DNA of 63,475 nt, the filler included, from Choristocarpus tenellus KU-1152 (Eukaryota; Protista; Phaeophyceae): assembly GCA_964200185.2 (NCBI GenBank). It is 10 parts of 10 records of this genome, joined end to end, with 100 filler letters (N's around TTAATTAATTAA, not from the genome) between each part and the next. Parts side by side here need not be neighbours in the genome. Positions count along the whole stretch, not along the records: positions 1 to 8,658 come from CAXNAD020004469.1; positions 8,759 to 13,307 come from CAXNAD020014045.1; 8 more parts are not named here. One strand, 5' to 3'. A program made the position numbers and the translations under genes. The notes beneath the pieces were generated by a model. That model was given only the letters and a program-made list of their open reading frames with translations. It did no database searches and was not told where the DNA came from. Shown here in pieces: positions 1-13,281 of this stretch. Numbering within the stretch: position 1 is the stretch's first letter; the number at the start of each line of letters is the position of its first letter.

Positions 1-561
1 TGTATAAATTGCGCAAAAAAAAATTGTTTTGTTGCGAGAGGTGGCCCCCCCCCACCCTCCCCCCCCCCCCCCCCCCCCCCAGATACTTTGACCCCGAAGT
101 CAGTTAGATAAGTCTGCATATGCCTTCCATGACTGTTTGTAGGGTCGTGGGGGCATGTCTCGTCAGTTGCTTGTACTATATTGCTGCAGTATCATTGAGG
201 AGGGACTACAGCAGCCTGATTTGTTGATAGGTGTGTGGTACTTTGAAATCGGTGAGGAGCGTGTGTGTGAATGTTGGCCTGGTAAAGGTTTTATTATTGG
301 AGTAGAAAATGTCAAGGTCCTTCTTGTCCAAGGACAGGTTGTTGATTGAACTCAATATCTTATTTGCCCAAAATGGAAATATTTTTACTTTTTAAAATTG
401 GTTTGAATATGTTGCACTTCAAACCACCTCATATTCACTGACTCTATTGTATTGCTATTGCAATGTATACTACTTTTGGAGTAGCATGCAGTAGTACCAC
501 TGTAGGATTTCCAACAATTTTGGCATTACTCCCAAGAATGACTCGAACGGATTGGGTTTTT

Positions 562-748
562 GAATTCTGGATAGTTAGCATTGACTACTTGAAAGTATGT
601 CATTATTTCTATTTTCCCACTACTGTATGTATTGGGCCAATGGAACTGCTGAGGTGTTTGAATTCTGGATAGTTAACAGTAACACTTGAAAGTATGTTAT
701 TATTATTATTTTCCCACTTCAGTGTGTATTGGGTCAATGGAACTGTTG
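562..748. repeat. Tandem duplication with a period of about 98 bp
   Basis: gaattctggatagtta...cttgaaagtatgt...attttcccact...tgtattggg.caatggaactg occurs at 562 and 660. Confidence 0.85.
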
Positions 749-1574
749 TGTGTTCATCACTGGCAAGATTTTATTCCAAAATAATCTGCCTTGAATGAGG
801 GAATTAGGGCATGTTGCTAAACATTTCCCAGCGATGTATGTGTAGTGAACCACAGTAGATTGTTTAGACGTGTTCAACTTTTTTTCCTACTATGACAATG
901 TCCAGATTGGCCATCAACATTTGCAGAATGCCATGCATGCTTTTGGGGATGAGGTTTGAAGTAGCTACGCTAAGTAGTTAGCCTAGAGACGTTCGTTTAA
1001 TTGATTTGCACTTTTCTAAGCATGTTTGGGTGTTCGCTACTAGCGCTTTATTACAGGCTTTATTACAGGCTTGGACATGGTACTCTTCGGCCCAGGAGCA
1101 GGGGTTACTGACTGTAAGAGAGGAGTTCGGAAAGGTAGACTGAAAATGCGAGATAGTTACCAAGCAGGGAGTATCAAGTGTGAACTAATAATGACACATT
1201 GACGAAAATCCTCCACAAGATATGTGGTGGCGATGATCTCATTCCTCACGAGAAATAGGCCAGGTGTGCCCTTTCAACAATCCCAATTGGCCAAGCACAG
1301 ATGCACAGAGGGGTGGATGACAATCACTGTCCACACTGTCCCTGTTGAACAAAGGACTAGACATTGGCGTGGAAAGCAAAATTCTGTATCCAACTGTACC
1401 CTTGTTGACACAGAAGAAATGCTCCAAAATGTGCAATAAAATGTGACACAATTGTTGGAATCAATTGGTTTTAGAACTGGAATTAATGTGGGGAAGATAT
1501 ATGCTAGATCTGAGATCAAAGATAGCAAGCAACGGGTGAATAATATTTGTGCACTTTGTTCAGCCAACAAGAAA

Positions 1575-1833
1575 GAGTGAAAGTATCTTGAGAGGGTACG
1601 AGTTTTGCCCTGTTTGTCCATTTGGGGCTTGGGTTCCCACGGGTTTTGATGACATTTTACCTACTCCGAAATGTTTCGGAGTAGGTAAAATGTATACTTC
1701 ATGAAAAGTTGTCTCCGGAACAAGGGTATCGACACTTCCTAACAAACACGATAGCCAAAATTACATCAAAATCGCAACATTGGATTTTGGCCCCCAAATG
1801 GACACAGCTCTACCCTCTAAGATACTTTGGCTC
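1575..1833 (+). mobile_element. MITE family A (about 260 bp, GAG...CTC termini, internal palindrome)
   Basis: TIRs GAGTGAAAGTATCTTGAGAGGGTA / TACCCTCTAAGATACTTTGGCTC; homologous to the copies at 3798, 14741, 24977, 36723 and 50641. Confidence 0.88.
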
Positions 1834-3797
1834 AAAGTGTGCATCCCCAATGGTGGATGAGTCAGTGATGCAGTCTTCTCGACGCAAGATTTCTTTCACA
1901 AGTGATGTTTTCCCCAAACGCATATTTTTTCCGCTCTGAGAAAACAGCAGAAGTTTGAACACATAAACTGATGAGAAATGAATTCCTCCCCCAAAAACTA
2001 ATGTCATTGCTAACTCAAATCTTGAATCACAATTTTTATTCACCATGATGAGATGGGGTCTTATCATCAATTTCGATATATGCTAAGATGGAGGGGCATA
2101 GCTCTATAGGACATGGTGTGAGAGGTAACATTTGCACTGATGGACTAGCTGGCGGTTACATTGAGTCAGTCATAAGATGCACTCGCTCTTCAACATAAAT
2201 GCAAGTTCCTGCTGAAAAGGCAGGTCAACTTAGACAGGGAAAGGAAAAACAGATATTGCGCTGAATCTAAACCTTGTAGTGTGTATGTCCCCCCCCCCCC
2301 TCCCCCCCATCCGGCCTCCCCCCCCTTGGCTCACCATTGGAGACTCAGCAATTAATGAAGGAAAACATGTCAGTAACAGAAAGAAGAGCTAAAAGGAAAG
2401 AGGACAAATTGGAACCTATTGACAAGAACGACGGTGAGCAGTTGGCACAGAAACAATTTTGATACCCAATACTCAACTCTTACGTGTATCCGTTATTTGT
2501 ATACCTTCTTTGGAGCATAGATAGAGATATAATATATCACTGTTCAAAAGGGGTATATATGTCAGCGCCTGTTACGATCCTGTCAAACAAGTCTCTTGGG
2601 GGTGAATACCTAAGCATGGGGCCCCAGAGACAGAATTAAGGAATACATCCCCCTCCTGTCCTTCCTCCTCCCCACACAATAGCATTGTGGATTGTAGTGA
2701 TTGAACTGCTGCAGCTCTCATCAGATCAAAGATAATCGACATCGAAGATGCTCTGGAGTAGAGTGTTAGATTTGATTTGATATTTCCTCATGCATATGTT
2801 CCCCCTGTTCGAAGCTTCTTGTTGTACCCCAAACAGCACAAGGTGCTTGATGCACTGAGCACACAACTCAATTCTTATCGAGAAGAGGAATGGTGTTTTA
2901 CTCAAGGTGATACAATTTGTACTCACCAAACGTTTCCATTCAATAAACAACTAAACAGCCTGAGGAGTACGGGATATGCTCGAGATGTGCATAGTCATTC
3001 GCAGTAATCCGGACACACTGGCACGGGGGACTGATCAACTAATATTTGCAGTGTAAAGCTTTGTCACGAACAACTTGTTGTTAGACTGCCTGCCTCTCCC
3101 ACACTCCCTAGCAGGCCATCAGAAGTACACAACTTAGGGAATGGCATTCTATTGTTCCTGTTCTTGAGGCAACATTGTCTAAGTGGTATCATTTTCAAGT
3201 TGAAGGAAGCTGTAGGAGGAGTGCAGGTCTCCCAACACAATTTACCGAAGGCTTTTCTTGACGCATAAACTGACTCTATTGTTCAAGTCATCAAAGATCT
3301 CTTGAAAAGCAACAAACAAAAATAGAAATGCATTCATCCAAACCATTCATGAACATTTTTATTATTGGACTTCCATATCCATCAATGCACTAGTTCCTGT
3401 CCATGGAGGAGAATTGTTTGGCACACGGTCATTGCTACAAGGTGTGCGGATCGTTTGATTTGATTTCCTCGGGCCCTTGGTGTCACAAGTAACACAAAGA
3501 AAAGAAGATCCTGAAGAAGTACAGAACTTCGAAAATTCAAGAAGAGATTACTCTTGCCACAGGAACAGAAAAGTCCGACAGAATACTTCTCAAGCAAACA
3601 ACATCTCGACATGAACGAGCAAAAGGCAGAGGGGCTTCATACATGCCCATGAACAAACGCCATTGCATGTTGCCTTGTGCCAAAGTAGTTTGCATGCTTT
3701 AAATTGGTTTTCTTTTCCCAATCTTAAAATAATTTTCGGACTGTGATGGACAGAGTTACTTCTGACAGTGCCAATTGGCAGTTTTACCTGACAGAAA

Positions 3798-4065
3798 GAG
3801 TGAAAGTATCTTAGAGGTTACTATTTTTGACCTGTTTGTCCATTTAGGGCTTGGCTTCCCATGGGATGTTTATGGCATTCTCCTACTCCAAGGTGTTTCG
3901 GAGTAGGAAAATGTGTACGTTATGAAAAGGTGTGTCCAGAATAAGGACACTTGAAAATATTGACACTTCCTAACTAACACGATAGACACAATTGCATCAA
4001 AGTCGCAAGATTGGATTTTGGTCCCCCTCATGGACGCGGCCCTACCCTTTAAGATAATTTGGCTC
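3798..4065 (+). mobile_element. MITE family A copy
   Basis: Colinear with 1575-1833; both TIRs present. Confidence 0.85.
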
Positions 4066-4178
4066 AGAATTAATTAGAGGTTACGATTGAGTAATGTGTG
4101 TGAAATGGCGAAAAACATGCTTGACAATCGTATCTCATGGTGACAAAAACAAATCACAACCACCGTGTTCATCCTAAG

Positions 4179-7100
4179 GAATGTACGCCATGTCACAAAA
4201 AGAGAAGGAGCGCTATGAAAAAGTGTTCCAACAACTCGACTCAGACCAGTCAGGGCTCCTAGACAAGAAGGAGGCGGCACAGGCCATGCTCAAGAGTGGG
4301 TTGCCCAAAGAAACTTTGACAAGAGTGTGGGCTATGGTCGACAAAAGAAAGTATGATGCGAAAATACTACTCTCTTCCTCTCTCTTGCACCTCTAATTTC
4401 CTTGTTGATGTGTGTGTGTGTGTGTGTGCCTGTGTGTGTATGCGCAGAAGGAGTGACAAAGGGCTCATGCCACCTCAGAAAATGCGCATAATGTAGGACA
4501 GCTCTGTATCCCACTCTGTGAGCTATCTGTACACACCCACAGTTATCCCAGTCAAGCACATACACATACACGAGATGCAGAGGCGAAATTGCAATGTCTT
4601 ATATTTTCCCAGACACGCTACCAATTCAATGCTGTTCTGAATGCCGTTGAGGAAGGCACAGTACAGATAGATAGATACACATACATGCAATCAAGACCAC
4701 TCAAATGCACCCCCCCGTGCACCCATAGGAGAGGAGAGCTTGACCAGGGTGAATGGGCCACGGTGATGCACCTGATCATCTGCCTGACTTCCAAGGGGTT
4801 GCCAATGCCTGGTAGCCTGCCACTGTGCCTGGGTGGCAAGCGAAAGAAGCGCAACACGCCTAAGAAGGTTAGCTGTATTAATCAGTCACAGCACTTCGGG
4901 AGTGCATAGGACCCTGAGGGATAAAGCAGGGTGGATGCATCCCTATGATTCAATGTAGAGAGCAGACGGCAATTATATTGGTATCAATGCTTCTTGTGTT
5001 TTCCTAGTTCGTTGTTCCTGAATAATATTTCTGGCAATGCACAACCCGTTGGTGGAAAGGCCAAAGGATTTGAACAGATTCAACTGCCTTCCATAATTTG
5101 TTACAGCATATGGTGGGCATTTTCTCATAGTTTTCATAACTCCCTGAAAAAATTGTCAATCAGGAAAGTGAATTGAAATAGTCTATTCTCGTTGCTTGTT
5201 CTTGTTTTCAATTCTTCTGCCTTACAAGAGGGAGAACCATGACTTCTTTCAACAAAACAATCCCCAAGGCATTCCAGAGCAAACACTACTGCGCCTGCAT
5301 TAATCTTGTATCTGGATATTGAAAAGAATACATAAGGAAATTTCCTTCTTCCACAATGCTCTCTTGTTCAGCCTAGGGGAAAAATCGACATGGTGACTCA
5401 CTCTTACTTTTAACAGTGATAGCAGATAATCTCAATCATTCTTAATGGGATACCCTTGCTCCAGACAGTTTGCATCTTTTTACTTTATCATTTTTGTGAC
5501 TCCAACCTCTATGAATCACATGACGATGCTGTGGTTTTTTGCCCCTCAATGATTCACAAAGCAATACAAATTACTCTTTTGTGCTCAGCACCCTTCTTCA
5601 CCTTCAGTTGTGTACAAATTTTACCTAAGTATCCAACTCCTCCCCTCATTTGCTTTGTCACTTTGCCTAGTCCTCACCCTACCCACACTCTCCTTCCTGT
5701 GCTTCTTGCATTTGTGGTATTGGTGCAAAGGTTTGGGACCTCCTACCCAAGGGGACTAGCCAAGTGTCAGTGGACTTCGTGAAGAGTGAGACATCAGCCT
5801 TCATAGAGGGGAAGATCACCCCCGAGTTCTACCTCTCAAAGTGTCTCAAGTCTCAGAACACATTTGGCACAGAGGGACCATCTGCCGACACAGTGAAGGC
5901 GATATTAGGAGCCCTTCCAAAAGACAAGGAGAGTCAATTTGGGGTGTCATCGTTGGCATTGTACATTTCACTTGAAATGCATAGTTGCTTTGTTTCTTAA
6001 CAAGAGTGAGCAAGACTGTAGTGCCTCGTCTATGATATAGTAGCAAGAAGCCGAGCATTTGGCTTGAGAGTCCTTAGCATCCAGTGTATTGAGAAGATGT
6101 TCTCCAGACTTGCACCTTGATGGAACAGATGAGTCTCAATGAATTGACATGATTGGAGCCCAGGTTGCTACCCAGCTTACAGTCATTGGACCAACGTCCC
6201 CACCGGGCTCAATCCTCGATCTAGTCCATCAAATTAGTATCTCAGCCAAACTTTGCACCCCCCAGTCCTTCCACCCCAATCACACGCTTACTTTTATCCT
6301 CCTGCAGTAGAGCGTCTACAAAGTAGCCCTGTAGGAGGTTTAAACCCATTATTTCTGATATTTTCAAGATGGTGAAATATAGCTATAGTACTGAGCCACT
6401 AGTCATTGTTTCTAAGCTTCAAACATTACGGATTTGTGCCTCATGAAAAACTAGAAATTGTTGGGAGTATCAAGTCTTCCCAACAACATTTGATAAAACC
6501 ATTCAAAACCCCAAAACAAGTGAACACAGACAGTTTCGCTTCAAATAGAACCTGTCCTTAGGACCTAAGCAACTACCTGGACATTCTTTTATGGGCTCGA
6601 TCACCCAAGTCGGATAGTCACACACCAATAGGATTGAGCCAATTCAGGTCTAAGGTATAATCAATTCTTGGGGTTTTAACGTCGGTTCTTTGTTCTAATG
6701 GTTCTTTTAAAAACTTCGTGTGCTTTGACAGGCAAGAGATCTTGATGCAATAACAAGTGTGGCTCAGTTGGGAAGAGCAAACTCTTATGTCGAGAGCGTT
6801 GATGAAAAGGAAACCCAAAACGTCCATTCCAAGGGGGAAGGAAAAGAGAGATCCAAGATCAAGGACCATTCCCAAGTCAAGGGGGAGAAAGCTGGAAAAG
6901 AGTCGACTAAGAGCAAGGTCAGCGGTAGTGGCACTGGAACAAATTTGGAGAACATGCAAGATGCAGAAAAAAGAAAAAAGAGGAGCGGAAAGGATTCCAC
7001 GAAAGTCGGCATGGAAGAGAGTAAGGACAACGAACCACAGCAACAAGTATACTTAAAGGCTGCTACGAGGGAGTACAGGAAAGGGGCGCTGAACCCCCAG

Positions 7101-8127
7101 GATTATCTCAATGTTCTGAAGGTGGGCCATTTGGAAACCAGGAGACGCCTCCCCACTCAGGAAAGATGCTTGGAAACATATTCTATATTTCCCACCAGAT
7201 TGAGGAATAGCATTTATGTGTGCGCGGGGAATGATGTCATTAGTGTGTCTATCACAGCAACATCTCTGCTATAGCATATTCTTCGTTTCCCATTGAGCTC
7301 AAGAGTAGAGTTGCATAAACTGCAACCTACAGATACCTCAGCCCTATTATAGGCACAAGACAAACTTTAAATCGCACTGGAAAATGGATGAGACGCATTA
7401 GTCCATTTTTTTAGCAGGTTGCCACTGAACTAGATCACTACAAGATGTCAGGGTCGCAACATGCTACTTTAAAAACTTAATATAGGTGGGGGTGTAGATA
7501 ATGCCGAAGTGAGAACATGGCAAAGGCTAAGGGCACGGTAATAAATGGTGGCATATGCCACCTTTTAAAACCATGACATCCAGAAACAGGAGAATATTTT
7601 GCGCAACTATTTCCATTTCTGAGCCGACCAATACAGTGCAATTTTGAGCATGCTGTCACTCTATTCAGTCGACTCGCAACCCTTGTCCATTTTCACATTT
7701 TGATGTGACTAGCTCATAATAACGGGGGAAAACAGTGGGAATAGATGTGATTACTAACGCTACCATGGGTATCATACCTTGTTCATCTTGCACAACACAC
7801 ATTGAAGGTCTTGGATTCAACACCGGCACGTATTCCACCTGTTAGAAAGCCACAAATCTCTCCCTCTGAATCAAGCAAAATCCTCGTCTCGCACACCTGA
7901 ACCCTCACAATACTTTGCAGGTGGCATTTGGTTGTCAGCTTCCTGAGATGTGGTCCAAACTCCTTCCTTCGTTACCCCAGGAGAAGGCAAAGGAGTTAGC
8001 CAAGGCTGCTGGTGTGGCCTACAATCCCCAAGCTGCTGAGGGGGAGAGACCCAACCCAACTGCTAATGCCAGCACGCTCCCACCTCAGGAAAGGTCAACT
8101 TTCTGTACACCGCTACATTTACACTAG
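4179..8127 (+). CDS. Multi-exon EH (Eps15-homology) domain protein with C-terminal ZNF598/Hel2-PAH-like helical repeats; probably partial
   Basis: Phase-compatible GT-AG exons at 4179-4350, 4729-4867, 5731-~5943, 6732-7121 and 7921-8093/8127. Exons 1+2 give YEKVFQQLDSDQSGLLDKKEAAQAMLKSGLPKETLTRVWAMVDKRKRGELDQGEWATVMHLI...GLPMPGSLP, a canonical EH domain. Possible upstream exons at 1220-1263 (YVVAMISFLTRNRP) and 3394-3441 are phase-compatible but less certain. Confidence 0.85.
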
Positions 8128-8658
8128 ATGCTCAGTAGTATGGGACTGCCATATGTTCAATATATCGACTTACGGTACACCATATTTTCATGATAGGGGG
8201 ATCTGATGCTTTATTTTTGGGCGGAAAAGTCTCCATTTTCGTTCTCTTTTTTTTGTTTTGGCCTCCATTCTGTAAGGACCTCCCCATATCAGGAATCCGG
8301 CTGCTGACACTTGGATGAACTCTGACATGTAATCCTTCATAGGTTAAAACTAAGTTTCTGTAGGATATTTTCATACCACGGGTGAGATGAAAACCCTCAC
8401 CCTTGAATGCCAGAGTCTATGCGCTATCATATCCCGTCTTGTTGTTGACCTTCGTTATCTGCTGGCTTCTTATCTCTATCTTCATCAGGAGAAATTAAAA
8501 CAAAAGTTCATACTCTATTATCACAACTTGGCGTGGATTAAAACCTTCACCAAGGGTACGCTTGCAACCTAGATCACTTTGTTTTTATACCAGCAATGTA
8601 CGATGCGGTGAGTATCTCCAACACCTGACCCAAAGCATTTTAGAGGGAGGAGGTTTGC

Positions 8659-8758
8659 NNNNNNNNNNNNNNNNNNNNNNNNNNNNNNNNNNNNNNNNNN
8701 NNTTAATTAATTAANNNNNNNNNNNNNNNNNNNNNNNNNNNNNNNNNNNNNNNNNNNN
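8659..8758. other. Artificial assembly spacer (first of nine)
   Basis: N44-TTAATTAATTAA-N44. Identical spacers at 13308, 16813, 24233, 37436, 43158, 50851, 55136 and 60203. Separate 10-N gaps at 23693 and 36570. Confidence 0.98.
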
Positions 8759-10656
8759 CCCCCGGGGCACAGGAGAAGGTAGATGGGAAGATAAGGAAGA
8801 CAGTAGTACAATATTTGATAGTGGTGAAGTAACTGATATTAGTGGTTTCCACACTTACAATGATTTATAGTGTTCTTATTTTTAGGATATTATATTTCTT
8901 TAGGGCTAATAACGACACATACATAGTTTTCATTGGTTTCCCCCCTGACACATCTGCAAAATGTCAGAGGGCATAATAATAAAAATATATATTATATTTA
9001 AAATAATTCAGTGTGCTTTACCATGTAGTTCAACTGCTAGATTCTGGCGACGAGCCTTACGTGCGCCAAGCTTCTCAACACAAAAAAAAATCTTGATATA
9101 ATGTTCAGTGATTTTATTTTTTTGGCAATTCAACCGAACCTTTCGGCATTTACTAACTCAACACAAAGTAATTTGGGATTGAGTTTTACATTCTAATGGT
9201 ACCTTGGGGATGTGTTTGGAATGTTCCTCTAGAAAAATGCCATTTTTGCTCCTCAATCATCGATATTCACATCCATCAGCAAACAATTCCTGAGCATACA
9301 GGAAGAAGTCTCAAATCCCAACCCCAGAACAGAACGATCTCCCTAACACTTGCCATCACTACCAAATCGTCCACAAGACTTCGGACACAGGAGAACCATT
9401 CGCCCGACCTCCCGCCCACACCTCACACCATCTAAATGTATGTATTGTTTATTCGTCAGCAAAAAGAAGAGACTGTTTCAGTAAAGAAGATACTGCTTCA
9501 ATGCAAAACCTTCTAACCCGCACAAGTACTGGTACAATTCCATTTGCCTCAATACTTTCGTCGTTGAATTCTAGTTGTACCCAGACAATTATACTCTCTG
9601 TCCAGTACACCCTGCACGCCCACAACGAAGCTATAAACACTCCCTTATTAAGGAAAGCATCAGGACCTCGAGGAAGACTTCAAGGAACGTGAATGGATAG
9701 TGAGGGAGATTGAGGTATGTCGATTCGAGCAGCCGCACTCAATTTTGGTGAGAAGGCTTTTACGAGCCCAACCACACCCTTTGCTCGATATGTGACCCTT
9801 ACTGGATTCCTTGGATCCTGCACGAAACAATATGATCGTAATGGTGCAAGGAGAGATCCATTGTTGTTGCTAACTTGACTTTGCCACCATACGTTGGGCA
9901 CGGTAGAGCAGATATAGTACGTGTTCAGCATTCAGCACTCTCACCGTTCAGCGCTCGGAATCCGGTTAATCAATCTCCTCGGAATCGTTCCGTTCGCACT
10001 CTGGAGCGTATGGGTTGACATATTCCACTCGTGTAGCCACAAGTCGGCTACATGCTAAACATTGCTTGCGGTTGTACATTTTGATTGTAGGGTACTGTGT
10101 TTTCTTACTTAGGTCCGTAGGTAGGTTTTTATCCCTTTGGGGCTTGTTCTCTGAAATCTACAGCAAGTTATTTCGTTGTGCCTTGAAGATATTTCAGTCT
10201 GATGATGACGTCATGACCTTGTGTGGAGCTTCGGATAAGGTGGTATTTGCGATTGAACGGAAAGTGTGGGGACAAACGATACCGATCGTGAAGGAAAATA
10301 TTCAACTGCATTTATCACAGTTGTAGATACTTTTGCCTGTTGCACCTACAAAAGACCAAGCAGATTTACACTTCTAGAGTGGACATGGCTGTTCGTGATT
10401 GGCATAATAGGGAAGGGGATAAGTTTTTTGTGTGTCTTTTATTCTACGCTTTTAGAAATGCAGTCTTATCATTTATTTGAATTTGTGATCTAAGTATTTC
10501 TAGGCTTTCGTTGAAACCTTAGCCAGACGTACCCAATACTATGGCTTCTTCTCTGTCAAGGGAGTTGCAGCGTCAATCGATAAATAAACCAATCAGCAAT
10601 CGATTGATCAAACTATCCCAACACTGCTCGAAAATTACATTGCAGCAGGTTCAACC

Positions 10657-12445
10657 ATGAAACCCGGCTTGCCTCCCTTCAGTAAGAACGAGGACATGAG
10701 GGACAGTAGCAGAGAGTTATCGGATAGCTTATTCTCCAAAATTCCACCGAGCGTGTGGCAGCCTAGAGTTATTGTCAAAGAGGATCGCCCTATCGCCAAC
10801 TATTTGTGGTCAATTCTAGTCTCCTTCTATGTGGCATACATCTTACTGGTGAGAAATCTGCAACTACTCTAGGTTCTGATTTGTCAAAGATGTTTGTTTA
10901 GGGGAAATCCCCTTTCCCACACGTGTTGATGTGGATGGTTTCGTTGTATTTTGCCTTCCATTGCATTCCAGTACTTCGTGGAAAGCTTCGACGCATCAAA
11001 TATATCTCACTTAACTTTCAGTATTATTTTCCTTCCGCTTCACAAAGAGTTGCAGCTCTAACCTCCTACTCTGCCTTTACACATCTCTTGGTACAGCAGT
11101 TGGTGAAGAATGCCTTTGAGAGACGCGAAAACCCAACTGTCATGTACAATTTGGTGTCGGAGCCCTTTGAGGTGGGTTGCGGGATTGCTCTCCACTCTGT
11201 GCATAAACCTTGAATCTGTGTATTCTCGAACGTGCTAGAGACTAGGGCTGCCTAAATTCTAGTTCAAGCACAGTTTGTACATCTAGTCTGGAATATCTGT
11301 CATGTTTGAGGTAAAATATTTCAGGAATGCTAAAAAAATGCCTCAATTGTATGTAGATTATTCCTGAGTACACAACAATGAGTCTTTTTCGTGTGCCTTG
11401 TTTTAAGAATATTAACTCGTAAGCATAAATAATTGGTGCAGTGAGTCTTCACCCGCAATTACAGGTCTGTGTGGTGTTGATCACAGATCGACATAAACAT
11501 ATCGATTGCTGAATGTACCCACCCTTCCACTGCCCATTATAATCACAGCTGCCTGACATCGGCTTCTGTTTTGACCAAGGTGAGTATACGTCCAAGATGG
11601 GGTGTTACACAGGCACCACTCCCAAGGAATGTGCGGAGTCTTTCAGAGGAGATACATTTGTGTATGGATACAATACCACCAAGTACACCACCCCGGAGGG
11701 TTATGCCTTCTCTCCAGAGCATGTTGTAGTTCTGCCAGAGCGGCTCTCGGATAAATGTGCACAATTCTCATTGTCAGACTTGACAGTGAATGGGGACACC
11801 ACAGAGTGGAAGTTTCATTCCCTCATCTTCTGGAACAGTAGTGTGGCTAAGTCTGAGGAGGGGATCTTTCAGAACGTGAAGATGTACCTCTACGAAAAGA
11901 GCTTAGCCCTCGAGAGTCGCCTGCAGGGCCCTGTGATCCTCTATGTACCCATTAGTTTTGATGCGGACAATGTGCCTTTCGTGCGGGGATTCCTTGAGAT
12001 GCAGCAGCGGAAGCATCTAGACGGGTCAGTGGAGCGTGAGTACTCTGTCGTTGGTGTCACAACAACTACCTGGAGCAACTCTCTAGACGCAACAAGTGGA
12101 ACCTCAGCCTTTGGGACGGATACAATTGCGTCAGTCCAATTTGATGTTCGTGTCCAGCAGTACGTCTCAATTGAAGATGTGGATCCTATTGATATCTTGG
12201 CTATACTGGGGGAGATCGGTGGATTTTGGGTAGGAGTTCCTGTTCTTTTTGGGATTTGTTTCTACCGTTCTCAAGAGCCAGAAGTGGATATCAAGATGCG
12301 AACGTATTTTAGATGTGAATGTCCGAAAGGGCAGAAGGTTCCCTATATATTTGGCACACAGAGAGGACATAAATCTTCTCGTTCTCAAGGTGTGCCTGTT
12401 GTCAACGTTGTGAGTGATGGTGATGGAGAGCAAGATGTCGTTTGA
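10657..12445 (+). CDS. Two-transmembrane protein of about 387 aa with a large extracellular loop; DEG/ENaC/ASIC- or PAC-like channel candidate
   Basis: Exons 10657-10848, 11097-11171 and 11549-12445, all phase 0 with GT-AG boundaries. TM1 is YLWSILVSFYVAYILL, followed by ENPTVMYNLVSEPFELPDIGFC. TM2 region is PIDILAILGEIGGFWVGVPVLFGICFY. The gene model is solid; the family call rests on motif resemblance. Confidence 0.75.
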
Positions 12446-12707
12446 AGTGACTTCTTATGCTCTTTCAACAACTCGGAGAAAGTGAACAAGAAACGTTTTT
12501 TTTACAGAGTTTCATAAAGTGAGACTGTTGTGTAAATCATATGGGGATATTTATATTCTGATTCAGTACTACGTTTTGTAGGAAGTCTCCAACAATTTCA
12601 GGATATCATCTGGAGAGTTGTTGTTCTTGTCATTGAACTTTCTTTTGTATTTTTTGTGCCTTGGGACCATTTTGGTTGTATTAATTGTATATCCATTTTT
12701 GAAGGAA

Positions 12708-13281
12708 CTAATGTTCTCTACCCTCGTTTCTCACTTCGAGGGATTGCAGTCTACTTGTGTTTAGATGCAATATAGTTAGGAACCCTACAGAAGTGCTAGC
12801 TTGATCTGGACTGGTGTTGCCACAGGACAAGCATCTAGTCGATTCCCAGCTTGCTTCAAGGATTTTGTTTTGGCATGCAAAAGAGACTTCAGTTGATTGA
12901 TCACCCTTTGGAACTTGGGGTTTGAATGTTTGAGACCTGCTGGTGCTTTTGTGTGTGAATGATGGATTAGATTCTGCGCATAGTAAAGAAAAATTGGCTA
13001 CTGTTCGACGTCTTAAGCGCAGTGCATGGTATTCATAGGGTAAAAAACGAACGCCGGGACCCCCCCCCCAGATACTTTGACCCTGTCCCAGCATTGCCTC
13101 TCAGCCATGGAGAGGTCAGTGCACGTTGGGGATACCGTCAGAGTTTGCCCGGGATACGACTCTGACGCAATCTCAGTCACATGGTGGTTCTGTTACAGGC
13201 GCCCCTCAAAGCTTACCTCCACAGGATGTATAGCTCCAATCTATGGGCCTATAGATGATACTGATGTACGTATAGGACTCC
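12708..13281 (-). CDS. Possible 3' exons of a hypothetical protein convergent with the channel gene
   Basis: Candidate exon 13281-13218 (donor GTAAGC) is phase-compatible with a terminal exon 12973-12708 that has a polypyrimidine acceptor (ttttctttactatgcgcag). No recognisable domain. Confidence 0.3.
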
